The notes: generated by a model not told the origin, from the letters alone. A stretch of 64,000 nucleotides of DNA from Botryllus schlosseri (GCA_051294905.1 CM119384.1:5456001-5520000), one strand, 5' to 3'. Counted from the first letter of the stretch, positions 51,323 through 63,786 are shown. Numbers and translations are program-made.

Positions 51323-51813
51323 GCCATCAACATGATCTCGTCAAGACCCCATCAAAGACGGACCAGGAGATGCGGAGATCACGGTCGTTCGAACAGCCAC
51401 AGCTGGACCATCAGGGCAGCCTGTCCAGGTCATCATCTCGGATATCGGTCGCCTCCGACAGCAGCGTAAAAGCGTCCCGATTGTCCCCGGTCCGCTATGT
51501 GTCCGCGGCAGAACCACAAAGACCGCACAAGACGAACGGCGGCGCCAAGGAAAGCGTCCAAGAGATATCCAGACCGGCGTCCCGGTCGAGGGAAGCTGCT
51601 GCGTCGGCCATGTTGGAATTGAAAGCGGCGGGGCAGTTTCGGGCGCGGTCTCCAACACTGTCCGGTAGGCCTGTGGATAGGTCGCGTGTCGCCGCACCTG
51701 GTAAATTTGCCGGGACTGTGGTACCGCTGGATTCGTCGAGGCAGCATTACAAATGGACAGTGCAGGGGCAGAGTTACATTGTCAGTGCCGCCGGAGTTCA
51801 GGCCTTGGAATCG
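51323..51813 (+). CDS. SKI: SKI coding exon 7 (Ser/Arg-rich linker)
   Basis: aattctcag acceptor, TCG|gtgagc donor; 491 nt, phase 1/0, open and in frame with exon 6. Confidence 0.82.
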
Positions 51814-52299
51814 GTGAGCATTTTTTGTACCTTTGTCAGTAATTCCATAAATACTGACCAAAGGTAGTCAATGTTGGTACTGCTGTAAATTTCCGCTCAT
51901 GGCAAGTAGAGGCAACCATTCCCAAGACATGTCTAAACTGCTTCAAGTAGAAGTACAAAATGAAGGTCCAAAGAGTGCCAAAGTGGGTGGTTTTGAAAAG
52001 TGCGTTTAGCAAACATTCATAGGATTATCTGTAGCGGCTACTTTTGTAATGGTGGCGTGCATGCTTGCAACTAACAGAAAATGATTGAGGACGTTCAAGC
52101 TGTGCGACCCTGTTCCAGAAATGATAGAAGCTGTCTATGAGCAAGGTCAAGAAAACTGCCCCGGAATATGATTTTCTAAGCGAGCTTACCGATTCTATGT
52201 CTTTACCAATGGAGCTCCAAAGACGGCCCTGGGGCCGCCGCCTGTGGCAGGAAGACTTGATTACAGGGGTGATGCTCACGCTGGACGTTTTTGCCACAG

Positions 52300-52526
52300 A
52301 TTCGTGCGATACTGGAAGGTGAGTGTTCGTCGGGAAGCGCTCGCGGGCGTCTCATGCACGAGTTTGTGAAATCCAAGTCCCTGTTCGAGGAGAAGATCGA
52401 CATCGAAATGCGAGTCCGTCGGGACCTGGAGACAGAACTGGACCACTTGAAGACCAGCAGCGCCAACAAGCTGCAGACCGCCGACCAATCGAAGAGGCTG
52501 CTGAAGCAGGAGATGGAAAATATGAA
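52300..52526 (+). CDS. SKI: SKI coding exon 8 (coiled coil: IRAILEGE...KQEMENM)
   Basis: ttttgccacag acceptor, AA|gtgagt donor; 227 nt, phase 0/2; heptad-like E/K/L-rich peptide, as in the Ski C-terminal dimerisation region. Confidence 0.85.
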
Positions 52527-52654
52527 GTGAGTCGCGGGCATTCTTTGATATCACCCCAAAAGAAATACTAGGATTACAAAATATCGTTTTATTGCTTTGC
52601 ACTTTTGTGTAGAAATTTGTTGTACTCCATTTTGTGATGTCTTTCACTTTCTGA

Positions 52655-52870
52655 CAGAGGTATTCAAAATGGTCATTGTCGGTAATCAAGGGGAAGTAGA
52701 AGTTCCGGCATAAGTTTCCACTCGCATACAAGTAGAAGTAGCAATTTTGAAATGAGTAAAAAAGTAAGTATTCTAGGCCTAGTTTTGCCTGAAAAAATTA
52801 AAAACTTAAGAAGAAGTAACAACATAAGGAAGTCGTGCAAGCAAGCAAACATCGTTACTGACAACCTCTG
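52655..52870. mobile_element. Degenerate copy of the AAGTAG hAT MITE family in SKI intron 8
   Basis: cagagg start, ...gttactgacaacctctg end, internal aagtagaag repeats; no TSD recognisable. Confidence 0.65.
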
Positions 52871-52884
52871 ATAATTATCCCCAG

Positions 52885-53119
52885 AGAAGAGCATTCGCGA
52901 CGTCTAGAAGAGTTGCAACGAAGGCAAAGTAACTTCCCGGGCGCCGGCGAGTCCCGCGGCGCCACCGAATCGAACGAGCTTCGGCTGCGCATCAAAGAGC
53001 TGGAATTGAAAAACGACGATCTTCGGTCGTGTCTCCGGGAAGAGAGAGAGAGGAGAGAGCGCGTCGAGAGTAAACTCTGTGAATCGGATTCGCCGAGAGG
53101 GCGGATCCCGTTTTTTATG
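52885..53119 (+). CDS. SKI: SKI coding exon 9 (coiled coil: EEHSRRLEELQRRQ...LREERERRERVESKL)
   Basis: ttatccccag acceptor, ATG|gtgagc donor; 235 nt, phase 2/0. Confidence 0.85.
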
Positions 53120-53658
53120 GTGAGCCCGATTTTTCTTATTTGGCTTTATAATTTTAATCATGGAAGCCAATGATTCGTGTCGAGTAATTACAGTCGATTA
53201 TTATGAGTAATGGAAAATATACGCGCCCAAGCCAAGAGTGATATTTCAATATACGACTGAACTGTGTATTTGTGTTGAAATAAACCCAAATCTTTTCAGC
53301 CGACACTCGTCAGGGTGTAATCGTCGGCAACTAGTCGAGAATTGAAACTAATATTCAACATCAACAATCGTATCTTCAGATATTTCATCAACAAGGTTAT
53401 TCTTGTACTTTTGAAGTCGTTGCTGTTTGACCCGACCTGCAGCCCTAGTCGTAACGGCCGTATCATCTCGAAATTTGTGGTCGCCTTAGCCTCGAGTAGA
53501 ATTCTGGTTTGAAACAACATCTCTGTGTCGGCAAATTTTACAAAGGCCGTAGAAAACTGTGCATTTCGGACTTGTCGATATCGAATGTCGAACACGACAA
53601 GATCTTGCGCCGTAACATTATTCGCGTGACTACTCCGTGCTTTCTTTCACGGCGCTAG

Positions 53659-53763
53659 GACTCACCGCTGTCCAGAATGGTGCGAGACGTGACGCGGAAG
53701 AGCAACGAAGACGAGAAAGTCGCCGCGTCATCGCCGAGCTCTCGAAAAACGTCCCCGTCGCAG
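53659..53763 (+). CDS. SKI: SKI coding exon 10 (DSPLSRMVRDVTRKSNEDEKVAASSPSSRKTSPSQ)
   Basis: Pyrimidine tract and gctag acceptor, CAG|gtgggc donor; 105 nt, phase 0/0. Supported only by phase and splice sites. Confidence 0.65.
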
Positions 53764-54799
53764 GTGGGCTCATTTTGAATCTTTTTCAGACCGTCTTGTG
53801 GGTCGTTTTGTACGAATTTCGTGTGATAACAACCCCCAATATGCAATAATATGCGAGTACGATTTGAATAGTTTCCTTTTTTGTTGTGTAACGTGCAGTC
53901 GCGTCAAATCACTGTACTCTGCCCCGTTGCGGTTCCAAGCTGCAATAACTAATAGTCGAGTTGACAATTGTCTGTCAAATATTGCAATATCGCTTTTTTC
54001 CCCCATCGTACTCTTCTCGTTTTACTCCTGCCACCATTTTTTGAGGTCAGCGCACCGGTTACTGTCAATGGCATGCAATCCTTTGGGCACTTCTTCGATA
54101 CACGGCCGAGATCGAAACAGTGTTCCCCATGACACCCGTAAATGTTTCCCCATGTACACGATAAAATTTTATAAACGGATATTAGAGATTAGGTTTAGGA
54201 TGAGGGACACGATATTCAACCCTCTCCCGACCATAATATTCCCCAACCCTAATCTGAGATACCCTTTCCACAACTTTGACCCTAACCCTAATATCTGTCT
54301 CTCCAAAGGTTAAAAAATTATTTTGACGTTTGTAAAATTGTATCGTGCTCATGGGAAGCACATGTTGGTGCCATGCGCAACACTGTTTCTATCCCGGGCG
54401 TATATCGAAGAAGCGCCATCCTTTGTTCTTCCGACCTCAAACACTTTAGACGTTTGCGACCGCCGATGAACCGAATCGTTTTCGTTCCAGGACCATTCCG
54501 TTTCGCACACGCCCCGCGGTCTGCGGAAAGCGCCGCCGCTCCTAAGACCCGGCCCGCGCGACGCAACAATACCCGCCGATCTGGACTCTCAGAAAATTGT
54601 CGTGGTCACATAGAGCAGACAATCGCGGCCAATCGTCGGCCGAGACGCTCGAAATTCCTCCCCGCCTTCCCGATTCTATTGTCAACCTTACTGACGCAAC
54701 AAGGTTTCGTTTGGAGTTATCGTTCCTGATTGGTGTCAACTGCGTTTTAGAGACTCTATTCCTTTTCGCTGCCTGATTCTGTCAACATTGAGTTATGCG

Positions 54800-54863
54800 T
54801 AGGGCTGAGCAAATTGATTCGAGAACTGAGATTACAATTCCCTTTCGATTTTGCTCAGCCCTA
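54800..54863. mobile_element. 64-bp hAT-like mini-MITE
   Basis: 14-bp TIR tagggctgagcaaa/tttgctcagcccta; TSD only 5/8. Confidence 0.55.
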
Positions 54864-54990
54864 GTTTTGACGACAGCCGTGATTTGCGCAATCGATTTCC
54901 GTTTACTTCTAGTCCTTTCCATGCTCGGACCGGCCCATACCGCATTTTAGATTTAGGTTAGGTAAATATGCCCCACGCTCTGCTCGAAAT

Positions 54991-55528
54991 TAGAGGTCGA
55001 CCGATATTGATTTTTACAGGCCGATACCGATATATCGACACACTCAAAATGCCGATAACCGATATCATAGGCCGATATTAATATGGAAGGAAGAGAGAAC
55101 AATTTCGCCAAAAATATCATATATTAGGCAAGATGGCACTTGTACATTGTACATGCCACAGAAAGCTGAACAACAAATAAGAAAACTGAAATTGGAAAGA
55201 ATAATTGCTTAATTGTGCACATTCGTTGAAATTTGGGATAATCCAAAAAGCAAAACGTGATACAGAATTGCAGATCAGTCCAGAAAAGGTAGATTGTAAT
55301 GCAGGAAGCATAGTTTCTCTGCATGCTCACCCAGTTAAACTCGTCCTGCAAGGGTAAATCTGTCATATATCGCCCTTTGTGTCGTCGATTTCTTGAGATT
55401 GAGAACACGGAGCATTGAATTTCCAATATTTTAGAAATTTTTTTAAATATAGAATATCAGCCTTCATAGGCCGATATCGATAATCGGGAAAGCTCCGAAT
55501 ATCGGCCTCGATAATCGGTCGACCTCTA
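54991..55528. mobile_element. hAT-type MITE with CCGATA subterminal repeats
   Basis: 15-bp TIR tagaggtcgaccgat; perfect 8-bp TSD ctcgaaat (54983-90, 55529-36). Confidence 0.93.
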
Positions 55529-58500
55529 CTCGAAATGCGGGGTAGCTCGAGGTTTTGACGAAAGTAGATACGGACAAGTATTCTTTTAGCAATGGCAACG
55601 TAAAAATCAAGTCCAGCGGTGGCAATAAGATTTTTGCTCACGGTCATTTACCGGATGTTTTTTTCTAGGGGGGCTGATTTATGTCGTTTTGATTGAACCG
55701 CGGTAGTTTAGTTGTTGAACGGATGTAGTTTCTCTTACCGGTATTACTCAGGGACACTACCGTTGATTCGTTGTGGCTTGATTCTTGTTTTTTGTCGGTC
55801 GCGCATCAGTTGCTCGAGACTTTTAGCTTTATTTTCGAAGTGCACTTTAATTTATACAACCACGATAGTACCAGTCACATAACCGACCCACCTCCCGATG
55901 TACCGGTATCGACACGCCGACATTCCAATATTGCTTTCCTCGTTGAACGGTCTCAATGAGATTTTTGGTACAAATCGACTGCGTTTACGTCGTCACAATT
56001 TCTGATTAGTGGGGTTTCTGATGGACTTATGTTGTAGCTGTGCTCGCAGTATGATATCAAATACTGACAAGCATTCACGGTATCGCCTAGTCCTAATGAT
56101 TTGTTATTAGTACCTTTCCTTAATTGCAGAGCGGTTAGTCATTTTACTAATTCACTTTGAAATTGCGTTCATTGCTGTTTTATTTCCGAGCCGTCAGTGT
56201 TTTTTTCGACGAATAGCGGGCAATGCATGCACTGTCGCGACACCATATCTTGATTTGCATGAACTGCTCGTAGGATTTTCGTGACGTAACGGATTATTTC
56301 ACCAGTTTACCAGTATCCTGAAACTGCTTTTACACCCCATCACCCCCATGCTACAGGCATCCCAATTGCTGCTCTCATTTTTTCGGTGTCTACCGGTTTT
56401 GAAACGGTGAAAAACTCTTTCGTTTCACTATTTTGGTCTAGTTCGTCTGGAATTTTGACATTGTCTTTTTGATTAGCAATAGTAGTTTACCGTCTACCTC
56501 ATAGCTTCTTTTTCAATTAATTTTCGTTTTCAGCTGTTTTCTCAAGGTCTTTTTCGGAAGGGTGGTCGTGTTATGAAAGGGGGGACTCAGATAAAATTAG
56601 TTTTTTGTTTCGTGATTTAAAGAAACGCGCCATCCCAAATCCCTTCGAGATAGGAGTTTTTAACCGAGCTTATTTTTTACAAGCTCAATTACTGTCGTGT
56701 TGACGATGATATCGTATCTCTGACTGCATATTTTATTGTAACAATCCGACGCGATTTGTGTGACAATGGAGAATCTTATTATTTTTTCGCTTGCTTTGCG
56801 AAATTTCGCGACTTTCAAGCCGCTGATGTCGTTTTTGTTTCATTGTTTCCAGTCATAAGTTCCCGTGTTTTGTGTATTCGATTTGACAACACGCTACTTT
56901 CAATTCTCATGCTTCATGCTTCATCAGGCGCCAATTTTAAACCGCTTTTCACGGTCAGGCTTTCAGCTCTGGTCAAGCCGAGGACTATACGTCCATAACA
57001 CTTGTGTGGCATCTCGTTGTGACTAGCTGATTTTGGTTTTTGTGCTGTTACCGTGTGGTGCTGTTGATTTGTGAGATAACTTGATTTTGCCGTGGGGTTT
57101 TCCAAGCGTTAAGAATGCGTTGAGAAGATGGAATGTTGAAGTTGAAAATATGCTTGATTTCGAGGGACTCCGCCAAGATCGAAATGAAGAATTGTAAAGG
57201 TCGTTGTCCACCTGACTGTAACTGTTTGTATTCGCTATTTCGTTGGAGCAACACTTAACCAGTTCTCACTTCTGGACGATGCCGTCCCCCCTATCCGCTT
57301 TGCGTCTCCGTTTTGCCAAAGTCCTTTCTCGCGACGCGAGGGACTCGCTTTGCTATACCTCATTTCCAGCTCTGCCTAACGTTTGCATACTACATACCTC
57401 CTCCCTTGCGCGGTTGCCTTTTGCCCGCGTCGAATTGCCGCCGTTGTCCGGCAGACAGTTCCTCACGATATTACTGCATAATTTCGTTTCGTGTATAAAA
57501 TATCACATTTTCTTTGAAACTCGCAAATAAATTTGACGATATATTGAACCTGCCGTGCTTCCGTTTTTGAAAGTTAGTAATTTATCAAATGGAGACGTGA
57601 AGTGTGACAGTATCAGTTTATTAATAATTTCATCAAATCAAAACACCACAAAATTGTGATACGGAAAAGATCAGAAGGTGTCGAAACGACAGATTGGTCT
57701 TTAAAATCAGACACCCACCTTTGCCTAGGTGATATAAGAAGAGGAAAGTCCGCTAGATCAAGAGTAGACTTATAAAAGATAACACAAAAATGATATGGGA
57801 TTTGTCGCAAGGCCTGGTCGATATATTAGATCGTGGTCCGGTAGTCTCGAGGGCTGACTAGCATTCATTCAGTAAAGTCTGCTTGTGTTTTGACTTGAAT
57901 GTAGACAATGGACATGCTCAAATCAATAATACAGTAAATCAATCTGATTGGAGATGGCGATGTGACCTGTAAAGGTCTTATTACTAATCAGGACCTAAAC
58001 AGCACTGCGTCAGCCCCCCTCTCACAAACGCAGGTCTTGGGTCCCCATAGGGTGATAAGTCCAACTTCTGGGGGGCTTCGCTCCTCAGACCCCCTTCCAT
58101 TACGATGTACGTATTTGTCGCTACTTATCAGCGAGATCTGTTGTAGCCTAGGCTACTGTTTACTGACTCGGCTCATATATCCTATTCATGATTGAATCGG
58201 TCAATATGATCTGCACTGCATATACATTGCTATCAATTTTCTATCTTTTCTCTGCCCACGTAATCAGATTTGCCGGTAGAGCTGAGTAAGGTGTTTTGGA
58301 AAGTGTAGGGGCCGTAAATAATAATCAAATAGCTTCGGGCTGATCCGTTGGTAAAATGACTTCGTTACATGATGTTATTTCGTGACCTCCTGTCTGCTAT
58401 GTTAAAATATATTGAAATCGCCCAAACATATTAAACTAAAAGACGTACACGATTTCAAATTGGCATCTCTTCACTGGAAAATAATTTCCCAGCGGGATGG

Positions 58501-60079
58501 CATTTGTCTTGTGGGGTTCAGATTTCCAGGACATGAACATTCGGCGCCGGTCATTTAGCGCTTATGGTCAATTAAACATAGGCTAGGCCTATATATCGAT
58601 TTTTCCGGTCAGCATAAGGGCATAATCCTTTTCAGCCAAGGTTTTCTCGCTGCCGATGTTTTTGGCACACTTCTCGGAGTCGCATGTTACATGGACTAAA
58701 TCGTCTTCATATGTCTTGGTACGCCGGGGCGCGGGAACGGTCGAAGCCGAAATGCCCAGCAGTACTATAAATCATGTGTATTTTTTCTTGGAGACGGCTA
58801 TCCAGTGATAAAGGTGTTTGGTAACAATATTTTTTTTTTGAAAAAGTTTGCGTAAATTTTCGAAAACATACTCTATAATTTATGTTATTCATGAAAAAAT
58901 CTTGGCTCCTTCGAGCTCGCCCCCCCCCCAATTGGGGTAGTGCGACAGTTACGGTCCTGCCCCCCATAGTAGTAGAGTAACACATCTGCGGTACGTTATA
59001 CTTGATAGACGGCCATGACTTCGATAGGTACACACACACGCCACCCCAATCTGCCGGACTACGTATAGGTTATATGGTACCGTCACCCTGACAATTTGGG
59101 AGGCGCTTCAATCATGGTTTTCCAAATTCGTGTAAAGATATAGGGGCGTTGGCGAGCGAGAAGGGAGCTCTTAATTTTCGTGAAATGAGCGATTGGGGCG
59201 CTGAGAACAAATGAGTATAGGTTTAGAAGGCAGATGTTCTGTTATGTTGTAAAAGGATTGGTGAATAAAGCAGCAAAATGCACTTGCACGGGCTAAGAAT
59301 ACAAAATGCATCCGGTCAATGCAGTTTACAGTGGGCGTGATTCAATCAGCTGTGCACAGGACAAGTCCGTTGTTACTTCCAATGGTCATCCATGTTATTA
59401 ATTGACCCAGTCATATTAGAATCACCCGAAAGAGTAGTTCATTTTACGCAGTCAGAGCTACGAAGTATTTGAATGTTCGTTGCTGTGCTGCACAGTGCAC
59501 ACTGCACAGTGCACACCGAGATGCGATGGCTTTATAAGGAAAAGTGCCTCTCGCGATTTTACTCTTGTTTCAAACAAGCAGTCGTGGAATTTTCCTAAAA
59601 TTACGACCCTGCGCATGTGCGTAAGTTTTGGTTGCGAGAAATTATAATGCTTACTTGACGGACTTATTCGCCAGATTTATGCCTATCTTGGTAAATCTGA
59701 TCAAAGTGTAAACGGCACTGTTCGGATTCAGTAATAAGCTCGTGACGTATCAGCGAAATTTAGCCAGACGTGAATTCTTCCAATTCACAAGATTTCATGC
59801 GCTTGGTCCTGCCCGCGTGTCTGATGTGTAGGCTACGTAATCGAATACAAGAATTCTCTTCAATTACTGAACATGGACACGGTAATTTGAATTCAGGAAG
59901 TATTCCAATTTGAAATTCCTGTGAAATTTCTGAGCATGGAATTATTGAGTTACTGATTACATTGCAGAACAATTTTGAGCTGAAACTAAAGTTTGATATC
60001 TCGTATCATTCGTTCTTGATACATACATAAATCAAGAGAACACCCTCTCGGAGTCGGAGTGGAGTCGCGTCAAAAAATT

Positions 60080-60803
60080 TCTACAGGGTTGGTTATGTTC
60101 ACAATAAGAACAGTTTTGTTCAATATAAGAACAGTCCCACGTTCACAATAAGAACAGTCATGTTCACAATAAGAACTACGTATCATGTTCACAATAAGAA
60201 CAGTCGTTATATTCACAATAATGTAAGTCGCAGCACCAACATATTTCCCAGACACGATGTCCGAGTGACAACATAGTCCGAACACACCCCAGAGACACGA
60301 TGTCCTAGTGTCAACGCAGTCCGAACACACCCCAGACATGATGTCCGAACACGCCCCAAACACGATTTCCGATTGACAACGCAGTCCGAACATACCCCAG
60401 ACACGATGCCCGAATGGCAACATAGTTCGAACACACCCCACAGACATGATGTCCGAACACTCCCCACACACGATGCCCGATAAGTGCCAAAGCAGTCCGA
60501 ACTCCGAACACATCCCTGACATGATGTCCGAACACGCCCCAAACTTGATTTCCGATTGCAAACACAGTCCAAACACACCCCAGACACGATGTCCGAAACC
60601 CCCCAGACACGATGTCCGAGTGCCAACGCAGTCCGAACACACCACAGACACGAGGTCCGAGTGGCAACATAGTCCGAACACACCCCAGACATGATGTCCG
60701 AACACGATTTCCGATTGGCAACGGCATGATGTTTGAGGTATGATCGGACTGTGTTGCCAGTTCACAATATGGTCAGTCATGTTTAAAATAAGAACAGTCT
60801 CAC
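60080..60803. repeat. Compound minisatellite: ~17-21-nt units (tgttcacaataagaacag) followed by ~21-24-nt units (gtccgaacacaccccagacacgat); resumes at 63794-64000
   Basis: Tandem units read directly from the sequence; interrupted by the 60804-63786 insertion. Confidence 0.9.
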
Positions 60804-63786
60804 CATGGAAAACTGAATGGGATAGAACGGTAACTGCGTGGCCTGTCAATCATTTACGGTTGAATAACAATCAGTAGTGCCAGAATCTTTTGATTTTTTG
60901 CTGTTATTCTCCGGCTTACGTAACAGCGTACAACGGGTCAAGTAAGTGCTATTATCATTATCGTAAGTAACTTGTCTTGTCTAAATTACTTTGAATGTAA
61001 TTATTGACAGTATCTGGCATGTGCCTTGATAACGTTATGCAGTGAATGGCTTGCAAACTCCTTCACACAGTAATGTCCAAGCACTGCAAACTCGGGCCTC
61101 TCGCGCTTTCCCTTCACTCAGTTTTTCTTTCAAATTATCAGGTGATTGCCAAAACAAAGGTCAACTTTCCGGCCCAGCTCTCGAAATAGCCGCCGGAGCG
61201 TTACTGCAGTGCTAACTGATTATGTCTCAGTCGAATTTGGCCCTATATTTAACCTCAATTCTAAAAAAGAGGACATTTGGTCGTCCTCCAAGGACACTTT
61301 CAAAAAAGAGGGCAAATCGTCTTAAAAGAGGATGCATGGTAACCCTACAATACAGAATGTTTGGTGATGACACTGGCACGAAGACGATATTTTTTCCAAT
61401 GGACAGCATCTGTTGCAACCTGTGCTAATGTTGAACATCATTACTATAAACGTTGAAGGCTACTTTGGGTAAGTTTGATTTATGTAGATGTCTGAGATTA
61501 TGGGATGGTATTTATCCAAGTTTTGAATCGGTCTGTGCTGACTTGTTATGAGGCTTTCTTGTGATCTGTATACAGGGCAATCAAACTAATTTTGAAATAC
61601 TGTGTACTGTGTAGCTATAATTCTGATGCGGTTTGAAAAAAAAAACTGAGTACTTCTAATTCAAATTCTAGTCTAATTTGGAAAATTTGTATCGCTCTGA
61701 TTCTGATATAATTTGGAAAAGCTGAAAATTTTCCTAGTTGTTCAGATCTGATGTAGTGGTGGTGTTAACATTTGTGTTACTCATGCCAAGAAACAGGGTT
61801 GTAACCCAGTCACAAGGTTCCGAGTTACAAGTCAATCTCACTTTTATAGTTTTGACTCGATTCATTTGAAATTCACCACCGAGTCAAATCCAAGTCACGG
61901 AGTGGACTGTCGAATGCGAGACATAGTGTTTTGACTCGATTCCGAGTCATTGTGTTGACTGTTCAGCTCCCAGTTAATGTCACGCGAAACCCACTTTTTA
62001 CACAACTCCGCCCGGTGATATTGAATGCTTCGCATTTATAATATACTAATTTTCCTCACTTTCGACAGTTTCTGGTAGCATTTTCAAGTACCAGTAATGA
62101 TAGACGAAATAATAATAGCATGATAACTTAATCATTCTTTGAAATTACAATGAAACGCCTATCTTTGCAGACCAAACTTCGAGTTATATGACTTGGTCAA
62201 TGACTAGAGTAAAATAAGTCGAGTCATTTTCCGTTTTTCAGAAAATGACTCGAGTCACCAAAAAATGGCGACTCGAGTCTGACATTACAACTCTGCCAAG
62301 AACTAATGAAGGTTCACCTACCGACTGAAACCATTCCACCAGGCTGACATTATCTCATCACTTACTCTTGTCCCTACCTTGTTTGTGATCATCAGGATTT
62401 TATTTTTCAGATGTAGATGGAAATGTCCAATATCGACAACTCATAGCAGAACGCCACAGACCGTGCACTGATGGACGAGGATATTACTATGTCTGATATT
62501 GAAAAACCGGAAACTGTCACTGACACCCAACCCATTTGCTGGATATGGAGGGTCATGGCTATCTTTCATGTTAACCGTGTTTATACTTTGGTATCTGCGT
62601 CTTCATCTATCCAGCTGTGCCCCGGATAGCTGTGCAGAACTGGCAGGCATCTAGCAAGTTGTTGATTAATTGCCAAGATTCCTTTTAATTCGTCAATATA
62701 CAATCCTGCACAATGCACATGAATATTTATAGCAGTTTATTTATTGAATAAATGAGAAATGAGAGGCTTACAAACATATAAATAGCAAGCAGTTAACAAT
62801 ATCTCGGATTTTAGTGTTCATATGACCACGGTATTCTATCATCCTTTTTGTGGTAGTGTTTGATGCTATCGTCATTGATCCATCGTAGCCTTCTATGTAA
62901 TAATGCTCCCTAATGACCGTGCGATAACTGATAACAATCATTGGATGTGCAGGGAGATAGTCAATAGGGCAGATAGAATGTGTTAATCTAAAGAAAATAC
63001 AAGAGAATGTTAGAAACTACAAAGTGTCAAGAGCATAATAAAAATCATTATGACGTTCAATAAGAACTAATTGCCGGTAGTGCAATGCAGATGCGCTAAC
63101 AGTATAATACACACATGCAGGCTCGGCTCAGTCAAATAATAACTTACAGATCGTTATTGGATATGGATAGAAGTCGCTTAATAAGACTAATATACGTTTC
63201 TACATTCTTGATTGATTTTTTTAATCTAACGAAGGAGGTTGACGAGCTACTGCGCACATATATAGTCACCAGCTTTACTGGCCTTTTTTGATAACCAGCA
63301 CGCCAAATTGAGAGGTGGGGTCGCGACCATAAAAAGTTTGGGAACCCCTGGTCTAGATGCTAGCGACATAATTAAACACTATCCTGTAATAATGGATCAA
63401 AAGTGATCGGAGTTGGTATAAGCTGGTCGGATAACCAATTACTATTCAATTTATGATGCAATGCAAACAGGTAGCATTGCAGCCTAAATACTACACATCG
63501 TACAGCACTATAGCATATTAGAAACTACAAAAGACCCTGGAGTCGATGTTCAACTTGACAGCGAAGTACAGTCATTATAACTACATGAAAATTAATTTAG
63601 ACTGGTCACGATAACGATAATAATGACACTTACTTAACCCGATGCATGGCTGTCACGTAAGCCGTAGCATCACAGCAAACCACCAACACATTCTGGGTTG
63701 ATCGATTGTTAGCTACTGATTGTTATTCAGCCGTAAATGATTGACAGGCCACGCAGTAACCGTTCTATCCCATTCAGTTTTCCATG
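60804..63786. mobile_element. Non-autonomous P-element-like DNA transposon (2983 bp)
   Basis: 74-bp TIRs starting CATGGAAAACTG (2 mismatches); perfect 7-bp TSD gtctcac (60797-803, 63787-93); no transposase ORF found. The superfamily is inferred from the CATG ends and the TSD length. Confidence 0.85.
61794..62295. mobile_element. GACTCGAGTC hAT MITE (same family as 785-1138), nested in the P-like element
   Basis: TIR cagggttgtaa/ttacaactctg; TSD ccaagaaa/ccaagaac (7/8); long shared internal sequence with 785-1138. Confidence 0.88.

Larger units (their letters stand above)
13622..53365. repeat. Dispersed ~150-bp repeat family 1, about 24 copies in both orientations (span of the distribution, not one element)
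   Basis: Approximate consensus (orientation R): gttgatatacagtgttctttccaattctctactagttgctgacgattacccctgacgagtgtcagccgaaaatattcgggttcatttcaatatgaatatactattcaattgtatattgaagttctgtacctccaagaagctcttcaaa. Reverse-complement (L) copies at ~13622, 19208, 21560, 21660, 31365, 32738, 36022, 37415, 38160, 39655, 44855, 51065, 53240. R copies at ~18308, 21870, 22790, 25135, 28610, 30598, 38232, 40575 (fragment), 43680, 44925, 51170. Confidence 0.88.

Noticed and set aside
13622-53365. Family-1 repeats read as a CRISPR- or integron-like array
   Set aside because: Spacing is irregular (0-8 kb), orientation is mixed, copies are diverged, there are no associated enzymes, and the context is a eukaryotic intron.
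53637-53849. ORF-track frame NGARRDAEEQRRRES as the SKI exon
   Set aside because: The preceding exon ends in phase 0, which selects the DSPLSRM frame from the acceptor at 53658; the track frame would need a different acceptor.
54180-54300. Telomere-like TTAGG(G)/CCCTAA motifs
   Set aside because: Only a few scattered degenerate units; more likely part of a repeat element than interstitial telomere.
60070-60849. 259-aa and overlapping ORFs
   Set aside because: Translations of a minisatellite, open in several frames; no evidence of coding function.
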